Of a stretch of 64,000 nucleotides of DNA, positions 40,301-48,464 are shown piece by piece. Source of the stretch: Promethearchaeota archaeon (GTDB lineage Archaea; Asgardarchaeota; Lokiarchaeia; Sigyniarchaeales; SOKP01); the NCBI GenBank assembly GCA_019057795.1, contig JAHLWS010000080.1, positions 59,172 through 123,171 of the forward strand. Reading direction: 5' to 3'. Under the pieces are notes generated by a model. The model did no database searches. It was not told the origin of the DNA and was given only the letters and a program-made list of their open reading frames with translations. The translations under genes were made by a program, and so were the position numbers. Position 1 is the first letter of the stretch. Each line of letters starts with the position of its first letter.

Positions 40301-41217
40301 AAAAAATTGGTATAATTTCCGGAAAAGGAGGCGTTGGGAAAACTTCGCTCGTAGCCTCGCTAGTTAGTCTTGCTCAAAAAGATCCAGAAATTAATGTTAT
40401 TACATTAGATTGCGATGTAGACGCTCCAAATCTGGCGTTAATACTGCCCCCTAAATCTAAGGAAGATATATTAACACACGATACTTTCACTACAAAGAAA
40501 GCCAGGTTTTTAGAAGAAAAATGTGTGAATTGCAAACAATGTTATGACGACCATTTTTGTGAATTTAACGCTTTAGATTGGGACGAGAGCAATAATATTC
40601 CGATTATTAACTATTTAGCATGTGAAGGGTGTGGAGCATGCAAAGTATTGTGTCCTGAAGATGCGTTTGAAATAAATCCTGTTAAAAGCGGAGAAATTAT
40701 TTCTTACGAAACAGATATCGGATTACCTTTAATTTACGGCAAAACCAAATTAGGAAGCACCACTTCAGGTTTATTAGTTTCAGAAGTTAAGCAACACGCT
40801 ACAAATCTCAAAGAGTTCAACGATGCAAATCTTATTTTAATTGATGGACCTCCAGGAATAGGTTGTCCCGTAATTGCTACAGTTTCAGGTTTAGACTATA
40901 TAGTTGCAATAACAGAGCCTACACCTTCAGGATTGCACGATATGAAACGAGCAATTGAGATGGTTAACCAGTTTAACATTCCTTTTGGGATTGTGATTAA
41001 TAAAGCAGATTTAAAAAGCGCATCTCAAAAGCAATTAAACAGATACCTTGAAAAAGCAGGTTTTGAAATTTTAGGTCGAATTAATTTTGATTTATCTATT
41101 CCTAAAGCTATGTCTTACGCAGAGCCAGTTGTAGATTACGCACCCGAATCAGACGCCAGTCAAGCAATTAAGATAATCTATAATAATTTAAAGCTGGTTT
41201 TATCAACAATAAATTAA
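40297..41217 (+). CDS. MinD-like P-loop ATPase with ferredoxin insert
   Basis: SGKGGVGKT, DCDVDAPN, CEGCGAC...C, DGPPGIGCPVIA, TEPT. Confidence 0.92.
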   Translation: MKKIGIISGKGGVGKTSLVASLVSLAQKDPEINVITLDCDVDAPNLALILPPKSKEDILTHDTFTTKKARFLEEKCVNCKQCYDDHFCEFNALDWDESNNIPIINYLACEGCGACKVLCPEDAFEINPVKSGEIISYETDIGLPLIYGKTKLGSTTSGLLVSEVKQHATNLKEFNDANLILIDGPPGIGCPVIATVSGLDYIVAITEPTPSGLHDMKRAIEMVNQFNIPFGIVINKADLKSASQKQLNRYLEKAGFEILGRINFDLSIPKAMSYAEPVVDYAPESDASQAIKIIYNNLKLVLSTIN

Positions 41218-41248
41218 AAAAAAAAGAAGGATTAAAATTATTTTTTAA

Positions 41249-42667
41249 TTAGAATCCAAGTTCTTTGAGTTTTCGCTTATTTTGCATCCATATTTCTGGT
41301 GTAATAGGATAATATTTCCAATATATTATCAAACATATCAACAGAATAATGGCTGGAATTAGACTCATATGCAAACGGATACCTATTTGCGCAGCAGTAG
41401 ATTGTGTTGATGCACCTTCAACAAAACCTGTAAGAACATGCACGATTGTAAATATAGTAATTTGAGCAGCTCTAGCGAAACGAGAGAGGAAAGCTGAAAC
41501 GCCTACAGTGGTACCTCTATTTGGAGATTTAGTTAGAACGACTCGTTCATCAAGGACATCAGAGAAATATATTGTCATTAAAGCCCAAAAGTTTCCCATA
41601 GTAAAACCTAAAATGAACTGATATATCATAGAATCGAATATATTTGTATAAAATGTGGTTAAGAATGCTCCTGCTATTAAACAAACTCCACCGATTAACG
41701 CCGTTTTCTTATTATTTTTAATTCTTTTCGCGACCCGAATCCAAAATGGAACCGAAATGATAGCTCCCGTTAGAAAAAATGCGAATAAGAGTATCATGTT
41801 AAGTTCAACGCCAAATGGTGGTCCAGGTAATACAAAATTGACAGCATAAGGTATAGAAGCTGTTAAAGAACCTGTTACCACTTGAAATCCAAAAAATAAA
41901 ATAACATAGTAAACAAAGCTTTTCTGTTTTAAGGTTGATTTTAACGCAGCTACAAAGCTTTCAGGCTTCTCTTTACTTATATAATATCTCTCAATTATTT
42001 CTTTATTCTCACGCATTCCAGGGAGGAATAATAAAGAGATCGGTGCTATTGTGGCAATAATAAGTAATATCATTGGTAGATAAGCGGCCTGAACGTCTAT
42101 TCCGCCAAAAAGACCAAGGATTATTGGAGGGACTATACTTGCAACAGGCAAAGCTAGCATGGAAAGAGGGGTTCCCCAACCTCTAGCTTTTCTACGAGCT
42201 TTGTCAGTCCGAAATTTGTCAGGAAAAAGTGCTTCTACGTTAACAAAACAGATCGTGTAAAGAGAATCGAATAAAACTGTTGTAAATACAATCCACCAAA
42301 AAAAAAGTAGTGGATCTGTCGCGGGATCACCTGCGGGGGGCATAAATATGAGAGCAAGGACAAAGTTTGCGGGGATTATGCCAATTACTATCCAAATGAA
42401 TCGTTTTCCCACCTTTCTTGTATATTTCGTTATTCGATCTGTAAGAAAGCCAAGTAGAGGATCATTTATTGCGTATCAGACTGTGAAGATGAGCATCGCC
42501 AAAAACACATAAACTATATTTAAACCAACGACACTCTCGTAAAAGAACATTAAATACGCATTAAATACTCCATAAGCTAACATGCTCCAGAAACCGGCTG
42601 ATCCGTAAGAAATTGTATTGAGTAATGAGGGTTCTTTATAAGATAATTGTTCTGTTTTTTCACTCAT
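41249..42667 (-). pseudogene. GPH-family MFS transporter with in-frame TGA at 42476-42478
   Basis: ORFs 42476..42667 and 41249..42412 are in one frame: IFTV*YAINDPLLGFLTDR...GKR (472 codons). Confidence 0.75.
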
Positions 42668-42753
42668 TCATGAATCACTTTAATTTTTAATTTGATTCCA
42701 AAATTAATTATACTTTTTTTTTAATTAAATTTCAGATTAAATTATTCTTTACC

Positions 42754-42772
42754 AAACTTTTATATAAAGATT
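42754..42772. repeat. 19-bp direct repeat, copy 1, flanking HEPN-MNT
   Basis: AAACTTTTATATAAAGATT identical to 43697-43715. Confidence 0.75.
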
Positions 42773-42824
42773 CCTCACCGAGAAAAATTTGATGAGATAA
42801 AATAGTGTTTATAATAAATAAATT

Positions 42825-43238
42825 TTAGAAATCAAGATAATCGGTAATAATTTGAACTGTAGATTTTGCCAATTTAAAAGCAATTTCTGCAGCATCCCGA
42901 TTAAAAATCTCTGCTGGAATCCCTTCAGGTAATCCATTAGGATATCTCGTAAGAATGTAATAACTATCTAAAATAGAGACTTTGTTTATAAGATCTTCAA
43001 ATCTCTTATCAAATTTACTTGCCCATTCCACCAATTTTCTAACAGAATGACCTAGTACTAAATCTTCTTTATTAAAATAAATCACTGATTTTAAAGCTTT
43101 TTCTGCAATTTGTTGAGCGAGAAAACATACTAGATAATACCGTTCAGCATCAAAAAGGATTTTAGCACTAATTAAATCTTCTTTAGCTTGTTCAATCCAT
43201 CTTTTTGCTTCTTTATAATACTTGTTTAGTTCGCTCAA
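42825..43238 (-). CDS. HEPN domain protein
   Basis: W...A.EDL..A, F.AQQ.AEKALK, H, Y...RYP. Confidence 0.9.
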   Translation of the reverse strand: MSELNKYYKEAKRWIEQAKEDLISAKILFDAERYYLVCFLAQQIAEKALKSVIYFNKEDLVLGHSVRKLVEWASKFDKRFEDLINKVSILDSYYILTRYPNGLPEGIPAEIFNRDAAEIAFKLAKSTVQIITDYLDF

Positions 43239-43569
43239 AAATTATTTTACCTTGTTTTGATGCATGTTGTATGAATAAATTTTCTTCCATCATTCGATTA
43301 AACTCCAGTGGAGTATAAATCAAAAGATCAGCATCTATAGGCTGGATTTTTTGATAAAAATATGATAATCTTTCAATAAAGTCTTTATTTGAATCTATAA
43401 CCACTATTAAATCAATATCACTCATAAGTCCTAATTCTTCCCGAGCGGCTGAGCCAAATAAAATTATCTTATGAGCACCCATTTCAATTAATTTTGATTT
43501 AATTCGATTTAATTCTTCTTGCAAATTATGTAAATGTTCTTCTTTAGCTTCCTTTAATCTATGGATCAT
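43213..43569 (-). CDS. Minimal nucleotidyltransferase (MNT), HEPN partner
   Basis: LFGS.AR......SDIDL; overlaps the HEPN gene. Confidence 0.9.
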   Translation of the reverse strand: MIHRLKEAKEEHLHNLQEELNRIKSKLIEMGAHKIILFGSAAREELGLMSDIDLIVVIDSNKDFIERLSYFYQKIQPIDADLLIYTPLEFNRMMEENLFIQHASKQGKIIFERTKQVL

Positions 43570-43696
43570 TATATTATTAATATTTAATTATACTAATAAA
43601 TGAAATGAGAATAAGAATAAAATTCCGAATAATAGAGAGTTTAATAAATAAAATCCATTTTTTTATGACAAACTTCGGATGACTGACACTTATTCT

Positions 43697-43715
43697 AAAC
43701 TTTTATATAAAGATT
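43697..43715. repeat. 19-bp direct repeat, copy 2, flanking HEPN-MNT
   Basis: Identical to 42754-42772. Confidence 0.75.
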
Positions 43716-43783
43716 ACTCTCAATAAGAATAATTAATGAGTTAAAAAAGTATCAAATTTAAAGAAAAAAGAAAAATTTCAATT

Positions 43784-44617
43784 TTAATAAATTTTAGGCT
43801 TTTCAGGGGGATTTCCCAGCATTTCTGAAATAAGTTGTTGAAAGTTATCGAAATGTCCAGGCAACGTCTTTTGAACAAAGAAGGCTTCAGCTGCTTTTAA
43901 GTCAACTTTATTCCCAATTACTGCTGCCATCGAACGATAAAGTTTATTTGCATATTTAGTGAGTTTCCTCAGTTCATCTGAAGATACATTTGCCGGGTCG
44001 ATTTTTGGGGCAAATAATTGAGCTAAAAGTTCGAGTGTCGCTTCAAACTTTAAAGCGGCTTCTATTTTTTTTTCTAATGTCGAGGTTATATCAACAAAAT
44101 AGTTAGGCTTGTGACCTAGGAGCCCCATAAACCAAACTTCGGAACACGCGTAAGGTTCTACGCTTTTTTTTCTTTGTTCGGGATATAGCAAAGGAAAAGC
44201 CGCAAACGCCGCTGCTTCTGCCGCCATTCTTCCAACAATTACGTGATCGGGATGAACTTCGTAAGAAACCCAAGGATCGAAGGTTACTACGCGATCTGCC
44301 TTTAATTTCCTTACGAAAAAAACGAGTTTTTCACGCAGTTCCGGACCGTTTATAAACCCAGCATCGGGATAGTCAAGGATTATCGTTTCTTTTACTCCAA
44401 TTATTTCGTTAGCTGCTCGTAACTCCTTTTCGCGAGTATCGGCAACTTGTTCTTTAGTTAAATCGAGCCTTAACGTTCCTACTTCACCGCTCGTGCAACA
44501 TAACGCGTACACATTGTGGCCTTCTTCTGCCCATCTCGCTAAAGTACCAGCGCAAAAAATAGAAAGATCGTCTGGATGGGCGAATATTGCTACTACATTT
44601 AAAATTTTAGAATCCAA
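43784..44617 (-). CDS. PIG-L/LmbE family deacetylase
   Basis: AHPDD, TSGE.G, R..E, HPDH motifs. Confidence 0.9.
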   Translation of the reverse strand: MDSKILNVVAIFAHPDDLSIFCAGTLARWAEEGHNVYALCCTSGEVGTLRLDLTKEQVADTREKELRAANEIIGVKETIILDYPDAGFINGPELREKLVFFVRKLKADRVVTFDPWVSYEVHPDHVIVGRMAAEAAAFAAFPLLYPEQRKKSVEPYACSEVWFMGLLGHKPNYFVDITSTLEKKIEAALKFEATLELLAQLFAPKIDPANVSSDELRKLTKYANKLYRSMAAVIGNKVDLKAAEAFFVQKTLPGHFDNFQQLISEMLGNPPEKPKIY

Positions 44618-44666
44618 AATAATTCACCTTTCTTTTGTTTATATTATGAAAAATCATCTTTTAAGA

Positions 44667-46094
44667 TTAAGTTGTAAGATTTTTTTTTACGTTTTCAATA
44701 ACTTTTTCAAGATCAGTTTTTATATCGTCAGCTAAAGGTTCAGATTTATGCTTTGAAAGAATCTCTTCTTTACGTATACGGCATCGTTTTTCCATCCCAA
44801 TAGCTCCAGTCTTTAGCCAATTACCGTAATTTTTCCTATCTAAGAGCGTTGGGAACCATAATTCTTTCTTAAAAATTTTAACCGTGTGGCGTTTGTTAAG
44901 AAAGGTTCCCTTGGGTCCAACTTCGTCAATAATGTCCGTGGCAAAACTATCGTCGTCGAAATTTAATACTCTATTTGCGCTTTCTACATAAGAAATAATT
45001 TCTGATTGCATAACAAGAATATCCAAAGAAGTACCTTGATCCATACCACAAATCCCCATATGGCCAAAAATATCCGCTCCAGAAGCTATTCCCAACGAGA
45101 GCGTAATTCCACATTCAAGACCTGCTTGAGCATCTGGTCTCTTAGAATCGGTTAATCCGGCGTTGATGTAAACTGGAAATCCGTAGTGTTTTCCCATCTG
45201 ACTCGTTGCTATGCTAAAAATAACTTGTTCTGGACCACCAAATATTATTTGTGCTGTTCTCATATCAAATGCGTGACAAATACCACCGTAACAAATAGGC
45301 ATCCCTTCACGGATAAGCTGAGTAATGCAAATAGCTGCTAAAATCTCCGCGTTTTCCTGAGCTAAAGTTCCTGCAATAGTAGCGGGTGCGGAAATTCCCA
45401 TCTGAGCCATCGGTCCAATATGTACCGGTAAGTTAAGTCTAGCGGTTTCAAAAAGTAGGTCAATCCCGTTAAAAGGAAAACTTAAAGGACTAACAGGCTC
45501 AAATAATGGGTAGAATAAAGGGTATTTTTGAGCACTTTTCTCATCTCCCCTAAGGGTTACAAGAAAATCGATTAGTTGTTTTGCTGAGTTTCTATCGTTA
45601 AACCAAAAATAAATCGGTTTATCTGTATGAGATACCATCTCAAAAGCAACTTGCAAGCACCTCCATTCTTTGGGGATTTCAAGAGGATCTGACATAGCAC
45701 CTGGAATCGTTATTTGGTCTAAGGCATCAGCAAATCTTACAGCTTCTTTAACATCGTTAAGTGTCGAGTGTCTTCTTTGATCGCCGATATTATCAATCCA
45801 AAAGGTTTGACCAGCAGAAGTATTGTAATTGCGTTTTCCAACGCCAAATTCTGCCTTTTTAGAAAGATCGCGTCCGTAAATAGCGAACTTCTTTCCCGCT
45901 TTTAAAATGAACTCCATAACTAAATCTGAAGGAATTTTTACCAAACTTCTTTTGCTATCCACCTTTGCTCCAAAAGTAGCAAAACGCGCCAACACTTCTT
46001 CGTGAGGTACGACTACACCAACATTTTCAAGAATATCTAGTGATTTTTGGTGAATTCTATCAATCTGTTCATCATCAAGAATTTTAACAAACAT
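44667..46094 (-). CDS. Trimethylamine methyltransferase (MttB) superfamily protein, non-pyrrolysine
   Basis: IH..SL.ILE.VG, PVSPL, P.T.AG.L.Q.NAE.LA, DSK.PDAQAG.E; no in-frame TAG. Confidence 0.9.
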   Translation of the reverse strand: MFVKILDDEQIDRIHQKSLDILENVGVVVPHEEVLARFATFGAKVDSKRSLVKIPSDLVMEFILKAGKKFAIYGRDLSKKAEFGVGKRNYNTSAGQTFWIDNIGDQRRHSTLNDVKEAVRFADALDQITIPGAMSDPLEIPKEWRCLQVAFEMVSHTDKPIYFWFNDRNSAKQLIDFLVTLRGDEKSAQKYPLFYPLFEPVSPLSFPFNGIDLLFETARLNLPVHIGPMAQMGISAPATIAGTLAQENAEILAAICITQLIREGMPICYGGICHAFDMRTAQIIFGGPEQVIFSIATSQMGKHYGFPVYINAGLTDSKRPDAQAGLECGITLSLGIASGADIFGHMGICGMDQGTSLDILVMQSEIISYVESANRVLNFDDDSFATDIIDEVGPKGTFLNKRHTVKIFKKELWFPTLLDRKNYGNWLKTGAIGMEKRCRIRKEEILSKHKSEPLADDIKTDLEKVIENVKKNLTT

Positions 46095-46240
46095 AATACA
46101 ATATTCTTTTGTTGAATTTTTATACTTAAATTATGTATGAGAGTGCACTATTTATATTCAATAATCTAAAGAAATTAATAAGTTTAAATATTAATTAATC
46201 GTGAGACTCGAAATTATTAATAATTCTAAGGTGAATTAAC

Positions 46241-46726
46241 ATACCGGTTCAAAACTTCATGGAATTGTACAAGTTATTGCCTAAAACTAATTGTAAAGAA
46301 TGCGGGAAGCCTACTTGCATGGCTTTCAGTTTAGATTTATTGCAGGGTAAAGTTAAGGTGGACGATTGTCCTCCCATTTTGAAACCAAAATATAAAAAGC
46401 AATACGATAAATTAAAGGAAATGCTTGGTTCCGAAGAAGGGCAACAAAAAGAACTGAGAATAAATGTAGACGAAGACCTTTGCGATGGGTGTGGAATTTG
46501 TGTGACGGTATGTCCTGTAAATGCGAGATATTGTCCCCCTAGTTTAAGCGGTAAAGCTCCAGAATATCCCCCTGAGAAACATCAGCTCTTTCAAGTGATA
46601 GGTGGAAAGTGTGAATTATTAAACCTTGAACATTGTCGAAGGTTAGACTCGGAGGGCCGAGAAAGAGAATGCCGTGTATGTGAGACTTACTGTCCTCGCG
46701 AGGCGATTAAAATTGAATATGTATAA
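46241..46726 (+). CDS. FeS-domain plus ferredoxin protein (FwdG-like); start ATA 46241 or ATG 46259
   Basis: LPKTNCKECG..TCMAF FeS domain, CDGCGICVTVC and C.VC...CP ferredoxin motifs; first gene of the fwd-like operon. Confidence 0.75.
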   Translation: MPVQNFMELYKLLPKTNCKECGKPTCMAFSLDLLQGKVKVDDCPPILKPKYKKQYDKLKEMLGSEEGQQKELRINVDEDLCDGCGICVTVCPVNARYCPPSLSGKAPEYPPEKHQLFQVIGGKCELLNLEHCRRLDSEGRERECRVCETYCPREAIKIEYV

Positions 46727-46779
46727 CGTTTATTATGTATAACGATTTAAATTTATAAAAAATTATTGAGGATATAGTT

Positions 46780-48084
46780 ATGAAAAGATACCCTTGTTCT
46801 GGTTGCTCGTTATTGTGTGACGACATAATAGTTAAGAGCGATGGTCTATTTATTGATGAGGTTATTGGCGCTTGTTTAAAGGGAAAGGAAAGATTTGACC
46901 AAGTTAGCGCTCAGAATAGAATTTCAAGTCCGATGATTCGAAAAAACGATGAATTGATTAATGCGTCATGGGAAGAGGCGTTAGCAAAAACTGTCGAAAT
47001 CATAAGAAATTCTTCCGCTCCGTTGCTTTATGGATTTTCAAATGTAACCTGTGAGGCTCAAAGGGCTGGAATGGATTTAGCAAGAGAAATAAACGGATTT
47101 ATTGATTCAAACGCTTCAATTTGCCAAGGAAAAATTTTAAATAAAGCAAAATCACAAGGAATAAATTTAACAACGATTACGGAAATTATTAACAAAGGAG
47201 ATTTGATTATTCTATGGGGGGCAAATCCAGCGGAAACGATTCCTCGCCTTTTAAATAAAGTTCTTTTTTCCAGAGGGAAATTTCGCATGACTGGCAGAGA
47301 AATAAAGACTCTAGTAATTATAGATCCTGTAAAAACTGCCTCTTTTAGGGTGATGGGCGTCCGAGATCTATCATTAATTATTGAACCAGATAAAGATATT
47401 GAATTAATTCAGATGTTAAAAAAAGAATGTTGTAGTGCCGATAGCATCCCATCTGGGGGTGTTGCCGGAATAGATAAAAACGATCTTAAGCGTTTACTGC
47501 TCCACCTAACTGGCGCGGAAAATGGCGTAATTATTCTTGGACAGGGTGTAATACAACCTCATGCGAAATACGATATTATAGAGGAATTATTAGATTTGCT
47601 ACAATTGATAAATACAAGGCAAGTAAAAGGGCGAATATCGCTGCTTATTCTGGGAGGGCACTTTAATATGGCTGGATTCGATCATGTAGCGCTTTCCTCA
47701 TACGGAGTAAGCGGTAAATTACAATTTGAAAGTAAAAAATTGGTTGAGTCAGAAGACACAATCATTTCAAAAATTAATAAGGAAAATTTCGATTGTTCTA
47801 TTATCGTCGGAACCGATCCTATCTCACATTTACCACATTCTTTAAGCTCCAAATTAGCAAAAAAACCACTTATACTCATAGATAATCATAGTTCAGCAAC
47901 TTCACGCATAGCAGATGTAGTATTGCCGACAGCAATAACGGGAATTGAAAGTAGTGGACTAGTTTATCGTATAGATCAAGTACCAGTTGAATTAAAAAAA
48001 ATTCTAAATCCACCTAATAATATTCCTTCGGACGAAGAACTACTGAAACAATTGATTAAAAAATTAAATGGAGGTGTCAAATAA
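46780..48084 (+). CDS. fwdB: Formylmethanofuran dehydrogenase subunit B-like protein (divergent)
   Basis: CSGCSLLCDD, ACLKG, IDSNASICQG, WGANP, GHFNM, AITGIE. Confidence 0.8.
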   Translation: MKRYPCSGCSLLCDDIIVKSDGLFIDEVIGACLKGKERFDQVSAQNRISSPMIRKNDELINASWEEALAKTVEIIRNSSAPLLYGFSNVTCEAQRAGMDLAREINGFIDSNASICQGKILNKAKSQGINLTTITEIINKGDLIILWGANPAETIPRLLNKVLFSRGKFRMTGREIKTLVIIDPVKTASFRVMGVRDLSLIIEPDKDIELIQMLKKECCSADSIPSGGVAGIDKNDLKRLLLHLTGAENGVIILGQGVIQPHAKYDIIEELLDLLQLINTRQVKGRISLLILGGHFNMAGFDHVALSSYGVSGKLQFESKKLVESEDTIISKINKENFDCSIIVGTDPISHLPHSLSSKLAKKPLILIDNHSSATSRIADVVLPTAITGIESSGLVYRIDQVPVELKKILNPPNNIPSDEELLKQLIKKLNGGVK

Positions 48085-48085
48085 T

Positions 48086-48463
48086 ATGGATTTTCTATTA
48101 AATACTATAAGAAAAATCGACAACGACCAAGTAAAAGAACATAGTTTTGGAAACGAACAATCTTTAGAAGAAAACTTAGCGATATCATTCATTAATCCAA
48201 ATGATTTTGACAAACTCAATTTAGTTTCAAGCTTACATTTAAAAATAGCAAATAATCAAAGGAATATTGTAGTAAGATTTGAAAAAGACGATAACGTACC
48301 CGAAGGAACTATCACGATGCCCGTGTCAATATGGTCAAACCAATTAACAGAAATACTAAACGATAATATTGTTTATAAAAACATAGTAGTCAGCGTGGAA
48401 GCAACGCGCGAGTCAATACTTAAATTTAAAGAAATCATCCAAAAAATCAGAGGTATCGAATAA
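48086..48463 (+). CDS. fwdD: Formylmethanofuran dehydrogenase subunit D-like protein
   Basis: LNT.R, INP.D...L, VPEG.I.MP...W.N; SD GGAGGTG favours ATG 48086. Confidence 0.7.
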   Translation: MDFLLNTIRKIDNDQVKEHSFGNEQSLEENLAISFINPNDFDKLNLVSSLHLKIANNQRNIVVRFEKDDNVPEGTITMPVSIWSNQLTEILNDNIVYKNIVVSVEATRESILKFKEIIQKIRGIE

Positions 48464-48464
48464 G

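Noticed and set aside
39533-42478. Selenocysteine or genome-wide TGA reassignment to explain the two in-frame TGAs
   Set aside because: Neither position aligns with Cys, and TGA is a normal terminator for many genes here (e.g. ends at 13703, 40300, 51604, 58270, 58903).
44667-46094. Pyrrolysine-containing MttB
   Set aside because: The ORF is continuous with no in-frame TAG.
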